From NCBI RefSeq assembly GCF_009914755.1, contig NC_060930.1: DNA of 64,000 nucleotides; one strand, written 5' to 3'. The stretch is from the human T2T-CHM13v2.0 reference genome, Homo sapiens. The notes beneath the pieces were generated by a model, which worked only from the letters and a program-made list of their open reading frames with translations, had not been told where the DNA came from and did not search any database. The translations under genes were made by a program, and so were the position numbers. Of the stretch, positions 35,005 through 51,006 are shown in pieces (position 1 is the first letter of the stretch; the number at the start of each line of letters is the position of its first letter).

Positions 35005-35220
35005 CAAAGTGCTTTGATATACATTATCCCATTTGATCTTCACAAATAACCCTGTGAGCCCTATGAGTAAGGCAACACCAGCATTTTCATCCCCATTTTA
35101 CAGATTCATAATCAGAAGTTGAGAGACAATAACTACCTTGCCTTGAGTCACCAAATTATTAAGTAGTAGAACTAGAAAGTAAAGCCAGGTTTTCTGACTC
35201 CACATTCAGGCCGTTCAAAG
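35005..35220 (-). mobile_element. MIR
   Basis: ATCCCCATTTTACAGAT core. Confidence 0.7.
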
Positions 35221-35414
35221 CCAAGCCTTGGCCAATGTACCTGACTGGGTTCAGTACACAAAGCCAAAACCTGAGTGTTGGTTGGGGCCAGGCAGAAGAG
35301 AAAGAGCATTGTATTTCACAGTACCTCTGATCCCCAGATGTTGACATCTATCAGCAGAGAGAATGGAGGACTTCTACGTGTTTCCCATTGAAGAAACAAA
35401 TTCTGCTTCCAACT

Positions 35415-35620
35415 GCAGCAGTTAAGAGCATGAGTTTTGAAGTCATATAAATATGAAGTGGAATTCTAGCCTTACCACTTACTAGTTGTATGACCTTGGC
35501 AAATTACTTAATCCCCATGAGCTTTATTTTTCCATTCTGTAAAATATAGATATTAAGTATCTTTCTTATGAAATTGCCAAAATTTTTAAATTAGATCATT
35601 TATGTTAAGTGATTAGTTTT
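35415..35620 (+). mobile_element. MIR
   Basis: CCACTTACTAGTTGTATGACCTTGGCAAATTACTTAA. Confidence 0.75.
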
Positions 35621-35722
35621 AACTAAATGTAACATCTTACATTCCTGATTATTATGACTGTAAATTATCTTGGATTCTGCAACAAACTTTCAGAAGTTTT
35701 GAATTTCATTAAGAAACAGCAT

Positions 35723-36199
<477 letters not shown>

Positions 36200-36348
36200 T
36201 TATCAAACAACTCCCAGATAGAAATAAACCTCAAAAGTTACCTGCAATTTCCAATTTCCATGCCTTCTGTTCATTCACAAGATCCTGGTAACTGACATTT
36301 ATATAGATAGGGCTGCTATGTGTCAGGTGTCAGAAATAAATTTTTCTA

Positions 36349-36752
<404 letters not shown>

Positions 36753-37214
36753 TTACCTCCCCAGAGGTACATGTTTACACTTCTAGGAAAAGATGAGACC
36801 CAAAGCCATAATGACATTCCAGGAGTTGTAAACCTAAAGACATTTGTCTTATCTTCCCTTGGAGACAGGTACTTACATTTGAAAAGATAAAAATCTATGC
36901 TCTTTACCCTTCTATTCCAAAGAGAACTTCTTTATTGTAAGGAGCAAAAGTATCTCTCCCTTTCTCAAATAATGAAGGGACATCTCTTTCCTTTATAAGC
37001 TCCAAGATTCGTACTTCTAGGGCTTCTCTCCTATGGTAAAATCCAAACACCCCCATGTATAAGCCTGTCCATCTGGCTCTTTTATCATCGCAGAAGGGGG
37101 AAAGTTGGGGGGGTGGTAAATAACAAATAAAATTATTGCTCTAAATAATAATAATCAGCCTCTGTCCCAGAAACTTCCTGTCTACTTTCAGGATAATACA
37201 AATAGAGTAATCAA

Positions 37215-37440
37215 ATACTTAGCAACAGACAATATCTTAAGGGCTTTAGATGAATTAACTCATTTATTTCTTATAGCTATACTATGTTAATTACTTCTAT
37301 TTTTCTTCTTTTAAGACAGGGACACTGAAGCACAGAGATACCAAGTTGCCTAAAGTCTCCCAACTAATAAATAGCAGAGGCAGGATTTGAACCCAGGAAG
37401 TCTCACTCCAAAATCTGTGCTCTAAATATGATTGCATGCT
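37215..37440 (-). mobile_element. MIR
   Basis: GCAGAGGCAGGATTTGAACCCAGG. Confidence 0.7.
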
Positions 37441-38035
37441 GCCTGTAACCAGTAATCTTTCTCATTGAATATCTGTGATTCACAGTGAACTAGTATTCAA
37501 TGTGTCTCATAACTAGAAGTATCTTATTCAATCACATCCAACTACTACTTTTGCCAATTGAAATAATTTTATAAGGAACTTCTGCCTGGTTGTAGATATA
37601 CACACAGACATTTAAGGCTTAATATAAAACACTCTCTCTTCAAAGTAATTCTACCAGTTCTGCTTAGAATAAGTGCATATAGGCCATGAGTATTCATGTG
37701 TTGATGGCCATAGACGAACGGATAGACTAATTTGAGAATCCCCTTTTCTGCTACTTTAAGACAAAATTGTCTCTAATATTTAAACAGTTTTAAGTATTTT
37801 GAGTAAAAAAGTTGTATACTTTCCCATCCAGCTCTCCCTGTGGAGGAACCTCTGTGTATCCAGTCATGGGACTAGCAGGTACCAAATGGAACAACTGAGC
37901 AGAGTTCAATAAAACATTTTTTTACAAAGGAGTAGGCAGTGTTAAGAGAAACAAAGGCTGGTGCATCTCCCTGGGACCAAGAACAACTAGGAACCATTAC
38001 CACACTTTAGTCTGAAAGGTCAGAGAGAGTTACTA

Positions 38036-38575
<540 letters not shown>

Positions 38576-39419
38576 GAAGTTATGACCTTTAGCAGAGAGA
38601 CAAAACTAATGAGTGGCAACCCAACAAAAAGGAAGCTGGAGCAGTAAATACCCAAAACCCATTCCCCTCTCATGATCAGATCTCCACAGGTGCCTCCCAT
38701 TGGCCAAGCCCAACCTGAAACCAGAGGGGAAGACAGCCTTTGGGAAAGTTTATAGAAGTCAGCCTCTCAGGAAAACAGCGCACAGTGAAGAAAGAGGAAA
38801 GGTACATCATGAGAAACAGAAAATATCAAGCACCCTCTGGGTTAAAAGAGTTCCATAGGAGCTTTTCCCTGTTCTCTCTTCTTTGCCAAAGAAACTTTTC
38901 TCCTTAAAAAAGCAGTTTTCACATTCATTAGCTACATGTATTCAGGAGCAATATGTACGCAATTAAGGGTTTCTCTGCTATCAGCAGCAATAACAAAATT
39001 ATCATGTGCCTCGAGCCATTTTATCAAGGACAGAAAGCCCTGACCCACCACGGAGATGCCATCTGAGTCAGAGGACATTGGCTGTGCAGGTGCAGATACA
39101 AGAAGATAAGTGTGGCATCAAAGGAACACAGCCTGAGGCCAGCCAAGATTAGACAACAAAATGAGATTTATAGAGAAACTTAACTCTTTTCAGATCAACC
39201 TTGTTCAGCCAAAGAGAAGATTCCATTAAGGCTTAAGGACAGAGAAAATTGAAGTTTACTGAGCACCAATTCTGTCAAGTTTTGCATGTGTTAATCCATT
39301 TTAATACAAACTATAAAACTTCTATATAAAAGCTAGTTGTTATTTTTGTATCCTTAGCACATGTGATAAAAGATGTTTGATGAATACTAATGGTGCTAAG
39401 TAAAGTTATAGAAAGAACT

Positions 39420-40197
39420 GAATGGTCGCATCTCTCAGCTTCCACCTTTGCCCCTCACCCACCCACCCACAAGGTCTGCTATCCATAAAACAGATGAAAT
39501 AATTCTTTTAAAATATGTCAGATCGTGTGACTTCTCTGCTTAAAAATATCTAATAATTCCTTATTTTATTTTCAATAAAATCCAAATCCTACCAGGTCAA
39601 CAAAGCCTTATCAGAATTTTCCAAACCATGAATCATGGCTCATTTATGGGTCATGAAATTAATTTAGTGGGTCGCACTCAGTATCTTCTTAAAAATAAAA
39701 TCGAATTGAATATTTAATATTGAATTGAATAAAAAATATTAGAATGCATAGCAAATAAAAATGGTAAATGTTTCACGAAAGTTTTCTTTCAGTTTTAAGA
39801 ATATGTATGTGATTATAGTATAAAGTATTTGAGTCATCATCCAAATTAAAAAAAAAAAAAAAAAAAGAAAAACCACTATTCCCACTTCCTAACTTCATCA
39901 CTAATCTCTGTCCTCTGGCTCACTCTGCTCCAGCCATACTGCTCTTTTTTGTGTTTTTTTAAATCCTTGACTGGAACATTTTCCTCCAAAACCCACAAAG
40001 TTCACACCTTACTTTCTTTAAGTTCAAATGTCATATTCCCTGGAAGAACATTGCTGACCACCTCATGTAAAGTAGCCCTACCACCATCTTCATTCTCTTT
40101 TTTCCTTATATCACTTTATTTTTCTTCAGAACTTTTATTAGCAAATGAAATACTATGTACTTCTGTCTCTCTACTAAACTGTAAACTTTATGAGAGC
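39420..40197 (-). mobile_element. L2 fragments interrupted by a probable hAT-type MER (about 39610-39880)
   Basis: CTGGCTCACTCTGCTCCAGCCATACTG and CTAAACTGTAAACTTTATGAGAGCAG. Confidence 0.55.
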
Positions 40198-40339
40198 AGC
40201 CCGGCTAATTTTTGTATTTTTATAGAGACGGGTTTTCACCATGTTGGCCAGCCTGGTTTCAATCTCCTGACCTCAGGTGATCCACCCACCTCACCTCTTA
40301 AAGTGCTGGGATTATAGGCATGAGCCACTGCGCCTGGCC
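40198..40339 (-). mobile_element. Alu left arm only
   Basis: Abrupt junction with L2 at 40198; right arm and tail absent. Confidence 0.9.
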
Positions 40340-40635
40340 AAAATGTTTCTTTTCTAAAACAATCATATAGCATTGGTTATTAACAAGACATTACCTCAAA
40401 ATCAACTGTTTTCAAAATAAATGAATGGGTTCACTTCATTTGCAAGTACTGTGGCTGTGGTGACCAGGAACCCTCCACCCCCAGCTTTGCTACATGTTTA
40501 CCCTCCTACATTGCCTTCATAGAACCCTGCCTGTCCTTGAAAACGAGAAGGCAATTGCCACCATTCCCCAGACAGCAAGGCTCAGAATTAACACAAAGGC
40601 AGAGAGTGAATTGTCCCAGATTAAGAACACACTCA

Positions 40636-40974
<339 letters not shown>

Positions 40975-40979
<5 letters not shown>

Positions 40980-41183
40980 GAAAGAAAAGGGAAGGGAGGG
41001 GAAGGGAAGGGGAGGGGAGGGGAAGGGAAGGGAGGGAAGGGAGAAGGAAAAGAAAGGGAGAAGGAAAAGAAAGAAAGGAGAAAGAAAGAGAGAGAAGGGA
41101 GGGAGGGAGGGAAGGAGGGAAGGAGGGAGGGAGGGAGACAGAAAGAGAGGAAAGGGAAAGGGAAAGGGAATGAAAGGAAAGGA
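40975..41183 (+). repeat. GA-rich polypurine tract (Alu tail)
   Basis: GGGAA/GGGA/GAAA mix. Confidence 0.92.
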
Positions 41184-41344
41184 ACTGCACCAAAATACCA
41201 TTTTTTTTTTCGCCAAATTGTCGGAGATCTAAACATTTGCTACCTCATTATTCATGACTGAACCTGATACCTGTCTCCCTGCAGACTGGCGCTTCTTGCT
41301 CTCTATTGCTTTGCACTCCCCACAGTACTATTTCTTTCTTTCTG

Positions 41345-41425
41345 GTTTTATTGTTTTTTGTTTTGTTTTTGTTTTTTTGAGACAGAGTCTCACTCTCTCG
41401 CCCAGGATGGGCCACTGTGCCGGCC
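41345..41425 (-). mobile_element. Internally deleted Alu
   Basis: Tail and 3' end joined directly to the 5'-most GCCACTGTGCCGGCC. Confidence 0.8.
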
Positions 41426-41526
41426 TTAATAAATGTTTCTTGAATTGACTCTAGTGAAGAAAAGGAACTCAAAGCCCTGTTAATTGTAGAAGCCATAGCA
41501 GGATTCTATAATGATTGCTGGAGTCA

Positions 41527-41872
<346 letters not shown>

Positions 41873-41993
41873 TATATATATATAGTACAATAACCTACTT
41901 ATCTCTCCCAAATTTAGTCTCTCTCCGTACTCTAATCTCTGTCCACACTGCCATGAAAATTACTTTTTGAAATCTCACAGTTCATTAGGTCTA

Positions 41994-43469
<1,476 letters not shown>

Positions 43470-44074
43470 TTTTTTTAAATTTCATGCCTGTAAAATAAAG
43501 TCTGAAGTATGGGACAGGAGGTCATTTTACATTCTTGTTCCAAACAGTCTTTCCAGGCACATCTCCTGCCACTGCCTTCCAACCACTCTTGTCCTCCACC
43601 TCTTCTCAATTCTAATTCCCCCCATCTATTTTCTTTCCCAGACTAAATATGCATGTTCACTTCTCTAGTTCTTTGGAATTCCCTCTGGTAGAAAAGCTCT
43701 CCCTTTAAGTCCCACCCCACTGCATCATTTGTCAAAGCTCTACTCTTCTTTAAGGTCCAATTCAGATATCGAACCTTCTCTCTATATACACATACTCCAA
43801 TGTGGTCAGAATTTATTATCCATTCTTTTATGTTTCTATAGCCCTTCATTTATACATCTCTTCTAGCTTTGAAATCTCTGCCTTTTTGTTCATTGTGCTT
43901 ATTTTTCATTTATTCAACATTCATTCAAAAAATATTTATTGTCTACTATATTCCAGGTGCTGGTATCTGTTTTAAAAAGACAAACATAGGTTCCTCCACC
44001 ACTAAAACAGTCTTCTAAGTCCTCATGGAGTTCAGATTCTACTTGTAAGTTCTGAGTTTTTTGTATGTCAGTAT

Positions 44075-44453
44075 TGATAGGGACAGCAGACAGCCAAGGG
44101 ACCCTGGGGAAACCCTGGCTGCCTTCAAGCCTAAAACCAGACTGCTGGTCCCGGATGAAGGCTGCCCTTTCCTGACTGATTCTCCCTGCATAATGCCCAC
44201 CTACGCCCTGGGAGGACGGGGTGGAGCCTCGCGAAGTTCAGGCCGTTTGTAGGTGGAGGAGCCTGGCCTCCTCAGTTCCTGTGTGGTGACTTGGCATTCA
44301 ATCTGTGAGGCAGGAAACCTGCTATCAGGACTCTTTCTCACTTTGCTGAGAATTCCTCTTTCCTTTTTTTCTCTTCACCGAATAAACCCTATAATGTGTC
44401 TGTCTGCCTAAATTTTCCTGATCGTGTATTGAGAACCCGGTTTTTCTACAATA
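44075..44453 (+). mobile_element. MER48-like ERV1 solo LTR
   Basis: Starts TGATAGGGACAG, has AATAAA at about 44381, ends GAACCCGGTTTTTCTACAATA; 4-bp TSD GTAT. Confidence 0.8.
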
Positions 44454-44864
44454 GTATCACCTTCCCCAGTACCAAACAATTTCCTTCCTGTATAGAGCAG
44501 GCACTCTACAGCTATGACTGCCTGTTTCTCCTTTCCCTAGATATCCATTTGTCTAAAATTAACAAGGTGTAGGCACCAGAGGCGACAGAGGGCTCAGGTG
44601 TGGTGGGTTGGGTGGGGGCCCGCTGAACTGACCAGCGGCATTTCAGCTCATTTACCCCCACCCATCAAAACCCTGGAGCCAGGTCCGTTCAGCCGACCGT
44701 CACCATGACCAACGCAGATAGCGAGGGCGGAAACCTCCGCCACCAGCTGGACAGCAACAAACAGGACCTGAGCCTCAGCAACCTGGATGAAGACCCGGTC
44801 AAGGAGCTGGCTGCCCTTCCAAAGACTACCACACTGGATCTGTCTTGTAATAAATGACTATTGT

Positions 44865-45160
44865 GCCGGGCACGGTGGCTCACGCCTGTAATCCCAACAC
44901 TTTGAGAGGCCGAGGAGGACGGATCACCTGAGGTCAGAAGTTCAAGACCAGCCTGACCAACACGGAGAAACCCTGTCTCTACTAAAATACAAAAAAAATT
45001 TGCCAGGCGTGGTGGTGCATGCCTGTAATTCCAGCTACTCGGGAGGCTGAGGCAGGAGAATCGCTCTAACCTGGGAGGCCGAGGTTGCAGTGAGCCGAGA
45101 TTGCGCATTGCACTCCAGCCTGGGCAACAAGAGTGAAACTCCATCTCAAAAAAATAAATA
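44865..45160 (+). mobile_element. AluS (Sp/Sq-like) inside the LRRC59 pseudogene
   Basis: TSD core AATGACTATT at 44853-44862 and 45160-45169. Confidence 0.94.
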
Positions 45161-45822
45161 ATGACTATTCTCCCGTCGGATTTCTGTGGCCTCACACACC
45201 TGGCGAAGCTAGACCTTAGAAAGAACAAGCCGCAGCACCCACCAGCAGACTTGGGCCGTTTGGTCAACCTCCAGCACCTGGCTCTCCTCAACAACAGGCT
45301 GGTCACCTTGTCGTCAGCTTTGCTCAGCTGAAGAACCTGAAGTGGCTGGACCTGAAGAATAACCTCTGGATCCCGGCCTGGCCAAGGTGGCAGGTGATTG
45401 CTTGGGTGAGAAGCCATGGAAACAGCATGCAAACAAGGCATCACAACACATGAAGGCTGTACAGACAGACCACAAGTGGGAGAGGCAGCAGGGTTGGAAG
45501 TAGAACGAGAGGCAGAGAAGTATGAGGCAAAGCAGCGAGCTAAGGAAGCTCAGGAGAGGAAATGCGGAAGCGGGAGAAGGCAGAGGAGAAAGAGTGCCAG
45601 AGAAAGGAGTATGATGCCCTCAAAGCAGCCAAGCGGGAGCAGATCATACCTACCAAGGAAACAAATTAGGCCCCCAAATCTAAGTCCGAATCCTGCCCCT
45701 GCAAGCCACTCCCCCGGAAGCACACTCGTTTCTGGGCTGTGCTGAAACTGCTGCTGCTGCTGCTTTGTGCAGCGGGGGCGCTGGTTGCTTGTCAGGTGAC
45801 ACAGCTACAGCAGCTGCCCCTT

Positions 45823-47433
45823 TGTGTCCGGAATAATGGGTTCTTGGTCTTGCTGACTTCCAGAATGAAGCTGCGGACCCTCGCGGTGAGTGTTACAGTT
45901 CTTAAAGATGGTGTGTCCAGAGTTTGTGCTTTCAGATGTTCAGATGCGTCCGGAGTTTCTTCCTTCTGGTGGGTTTGTGGTCTCACTGACTTAAGAAGTG
46001 AGGCGCAGACCTTTGCTGTGAGTGTTACAGCTCTTAAAGACAGCGCATCTGGAGTTGTTTGTTCCTCATGTCCGGAGTTGTTGGTCCCTCCCAATGCGTT
46101 TGTTCGTCCCTCCCAATGCGTTTGTTCGTAGTCTCACTGGCTTCAGGAGTGAAGATGCAGACCTTCACGGTGAGTGTTATAGCTCATAAAGGCGGCGTAG
46201 ACCCAAAGAGTGAGCAGCAGTAAGATTTATTGCAAACAGAGAAAGAACAAAGCTTCCACAGCACAAAAGGGGACCTGACCGGGTTGCTGCTGCTAGCTCG
46301 GGCAGCCTGCTTTTATTCCCTTATCTGGCCCCACCCACATCCTGATGATTCGTCCATTTTACAGAGAGCTGATTGGTCCGTTTTGACAGGGTCCTGATTG
46401 GTGCATTTACAATCCCTGACCTAGACACAGAGTGCTGATTGGTATACTTACAATCCTCTAGCTAGACATAAAAGTTCTCCAAGTCCCCACTAGATTAGCT
46501 AGACACAGAGCACTGATTGGTGTGTTTACAAACCTTGAGCTAGACACAGAGTGCTGACTGGTACGTTTACAAACCTTGAGCTAGACACAGAGTGCTGATT
46601 GCTGCATTTACAAACCTTGAGCTAGACACAGAGTGCTGATTGCTGCATTTACAATCCTTTAGCTAGCCATAAAAGTTCTCCAAGTCCCCACCAGATTAGC
46701 TAGATACAGAGTGCTGATTGGTGCATCCACAAACCCCGAGCTAGACACAGAGTGCTGATTGGTGCATATACAATCCTCCAGCTAGACATAAAAGTTCTCC
46801 AAATCCCCACCCAACTCAGGAGCCCAGCTGGCTTCGCCTAGTGGATCCCACGCCAGGACCACGGGTGGAGCTGCCCACCAGTCACCCACCCACACTCCTC
46901 AACCCTTGGCGATGGGACCAGGCACTGTGGAGCAGGCGGCGGTGCCCGTCAGGGAGGCTCGGACCATGTGGGAGCCCACCGCGTGGGGGCTCAGGCATGG
47001 CAGGCTGCAGGTCCTGAGCCCTGCCCCATGGGGAGGTGGCTGAGGCCTGGTAAGAATTCAAGCCGGGTGCGGACAAGCCAGCAGTGCTGGGGGACCCGGT
47101 GCCCCCTCCACAGCTACTGGCCCGGATGCTAAGCCCCTCATTGCCCAGCGCCAGTGGCGCTGGCAGGCTGCTCTGAGTGCGGGGCCTGCCGAGCCCGCGC
47201 CCACCTGGAACTGGTGCTGGCCCGCGAGCACGCAGCCCTGGTTGCCACCCGCGCCTCTCCTTCCACACCTCCCTGCACGCAAAGGGAGCCAGCTCCAGCT
47301 TCTGCCAGCCCAGAGAGGGGTTCCCACAGTGCAGCGGTGGGCTGAAGGGCTCCTCAAGTGCGGCCAGAGCAGATGCCAAGGCCGAGGAGGCACCAAGAGC
47401 AAGTGAGGGCTGCTAGCACATTGTCACCTCTCA
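45823..47433 (-). mobile_element. LTR12 (ERV9) solo LTR, full length, 1611 bp
   Basis: Minus strand starts TGAGAGGTGACAATGTGCTAGCAGCCC and ends TTCCGGACACA; 4-bp TSD CCTT at 45819-45822 and 47434-47437. Confidence 0.96.
46285..46800 (-). promoter_or_regulatory. LTR12 U3 enhancer repeats and core promoter, pointing leftwards
   Basis: About 7 GCTAGACACAGAGTGCTGATTGG units; 6 intact CCAAT boxes (46372, 46397, 46438, 46516, 46717, 46758); AGATAA at 46321-46326; AATAAAAG TATA-like at 46310-46317. Confidence 0.75.
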
Positions 47434-48064
47434 CCTTTGCACCAGCGTGAACACCATCTGTGACAATGTGGTCCAGGGTCTGCACCACCATGAGATCCTC
47501 CAGACCGACTCTCAGCAGTGAGCTTGTCCCCAGCACCTGCTGCCTCCCAGCCTTGGAGCTTGGATTCCTATGGAATTGGGCTCTGCTGGACACAAACTCT
47601 TTTTAGCATCAGACCTACCTGCCATCATCAAATGGCTGCTGATTGGTACTTGAGACCTCCTCTTTGTAGGACTTCTTCATTCCTTAGTCAGGGTTTCCTG
47701 GTGGAATGAGGAGAAATGGGAGGTGGTGGGGGACAGTTACCTGCATGCCTAAAGGAATAGGCTTGGGGGTGGGGAGAAAGAAAACATAGCCATTTCTAGT
47801 TGTTACACAAAGCTGTGTAAAGGCTCATTTCTACTAAATGGTCAGCTGTCACCAAAAAAAAAAAAAAGTGTCATGAGACCTTTATGAAACATGCCAATAG
47901 GGTATGGGAATTATCTAACTATTTTGAAGGAATCTAAGTAATTAAACAAAAAATGCCACTGTCCTAACTAATAGCAGTTAACCAACTCATAATAGGAGTC
48001 ACCCAGAGAATTTTTTATCATCTAGAAGTAATGGCTTGTTTCATTACTGGATGATGATGCCTCT

Positions 48065-48285
48065 CGAGTCTTTATTATGCACCAGGCACTGTCTGAGAGC
48101 TTTCAGTATTCACTCATTTAATCTTCTCAACAACTCTAAGTAGTATGTTATCTCTTTTTCAAAAAAAAAATAGATATGGAAACAGAAAGATGAGTTAAAT
48201 TCTTTGCCCAAGATAACAAAACTGGCAAGGGATGGAGCTGGCATTTGAACTCAGGGAGGCTAGCTTCAAATTCTGTGTTCTCCAC
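48065..48285 (-). mobile_element. MIR
   Basis: CACTCATTTAATCTTCTCAACAAC...GGAGCTGGCATTTGAACTCAGG. Confidence 0.75.
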
Positions 48286-48968
48286 TACACATTAATGATG
48301 TAGACAGTGAAAATCTTTCCCAATGTGTGATAGACTAAAATCATTGATAGATGATTACTAATGCAAGAAGACTGTTACACAAGTGGTTGTAATTTCTGTT
48401 GGGCTCTTTATATGTAAGGAATAGAGATGTATTCTGTTTATTCAAAGTAGTGTAACATGAGGAAGGATAGCAATATAAGTTAACACATACACGGAACTCA
48501 GGGAAAGCAGGAATCACTTAGAATCTGCCTCATAGAGCCAGAAACTAGAAGGCCATTCAGATTTTTAAACTTCCCTAGGGACCTGAGAAGCAGGACTTTA
48601 TGAATTTTTCTTACTCTAACATTCCACCGTTAACATATCTGCTCCTGTCTGACCCCTTCTTTTACTGTTATCAACTGGTTTTCTTTTCATTCTTCTCAGT
48701 TAAATCCCTGAGAAGAATCTGGTTGAATCAGCACAAAAATACTTAGATGGAGCCTTTTTTCCCAGGCCCACTCCTGAAGAACTAGCATGCCATGGCTGAC
48801 TGTGCTTGAGTCCAATTCCCTCTGTAGCCAACCAACGAAAGGCTGGAAGGAGGGAAAGGACAAGGTCACTTTGTCCAAAACAGTTGAGCTGATGCAAGGT
48901 CTGGGCATGGGTAGCTTCCATGGAAAAGTGCCATTTGCAGGGCAGACACTCTTGTATAAGAATCTCAT

Positions 48969-49646
<678 letters not shown>

Positions 49647-49739
49647 TTAGAGACTTTTGTTTATAATAAAATACTTAATATGTTTGGAAGCTTTATAAAC
49701 TCTCATCTGAATTACTACAATTGCCTGCCAACTGTGTTC

Positions 49740-50535
49740 TTCTTTCCACCCTAGGTTCCTTATCATCTATTCTCCATTCATAACACAGCCATAGTGATCC
49801 TTCTGAAGTATCTCAGACATCTCAACCCCCACCGCCCCATGACCTCTCCATCATCACACTCCAAGTAAAAGCATCTTGACAATGGCCTACAAAGTGTACA
49901 TGATCAGCCGGGTGTCGTGGCTCACGCCTGTAATCCCAGCACTTTGGAAGGCTGAGGCAGGCAGGTCACTCGAGGTCAGGAGTTCGAGACCAGCCCAGCC
50001 AATACGGTGAAACCCCATCTCTACTAAAAATACAAAAATTAGCCGGGCCATGGTGGCACATTCCTGTAGTCCCAACTACTCAGGAGGCTGAGGCAGGAGA
50101 ATCATTTGAACCTGGGAGGCAGATTTTGCAATGAGCAGAGATCGGCCACTGCACTCCAGCCTGGGCGACGAGACTGTGTCTCAAAAAAAAAAAAAAAAAA
50201 AAACGAACAGTGTACATGATGGCATGCCCTCTCACCTCACTGACTGGATTGCCTCCCCATCACTCTGCCCAGGAAATGGGCCTTCTCACAGTTTCTCAAA
50301 CATACCAAGCACATTCCCACCCCCAGAGCTTAATCTATCTCCCTCTACCCTGTCATAATATTTAAGAACTTCACACCCGATATCATTTATTAATTTATTA
50401 TGCTTATTTTCTGCCTCCTTCTGCTAGAATATAAGTTTCACGAGGTCAAGGATTTTGTTTACTAAGGTAACCTCTTCAGTAGAACAGCAACGAGCACATA
50501 GTATGCACCCAATACAATGTTTGTTGAGTGAATAA
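49740..50535 (-). mobile_element. L2 fragments flanking an Alu
   Basis: CTAGAATATAAGTTTCACGAGG...TGTTTGTTGAGTGAATAAAT. Confidence 0.65.
49907..50203 (+). mobile_element. AluS
   Basis: TSD AGTGTACATGAT. Confidence 0.94.
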
Positions 50536-50622
50536 ATTTGCCATCAATTATGTAAGGCATTATCATTCTATTTCCTAACCTATGAGTTTTGAAAGATTTC
50601 TAACATGACCTTGAGCTTTTCA

Positions 50623-51006
<384 letters not shown>

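Larger units (their letters stand above)
44572..47867 (+). pseudogene. LRRC59: Processed pseudogene of LRRC59, interrupted by an Alu and LTR12
   Basis: GC-rich 5'UTR; ATG at 44705 ([40 protein letters not shown], versus recalled [40 protein letters not shown]); LRRs, [19 protein letters not shown] coil, [14 protein letters not shown] segment, TDSQQ-stop at 47519-47521; intronless; A-tail 47853-47867; several frameshifts. Symbol is the parent gene. Confidence 0.95.

Noticed and set aside
44689-45444. 251-aa minus-strand ORF
   Set aside because: A mosaic of antisense LRRC59 pseudogene and Alu with a non-ATG start and no coding evidence.
46360-46800. About 41-bp periodic repeat resembling a CRISPR array
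   Set aside because: These are the normal LTR12 U3 enhancer repeats, with no unique spacers, in primate DNA.
46850-47430. GC-rich stretch as a CpG-island gene promoter, and ORFs there
   Set aside because: It is the 5' U3 region of LTR12.
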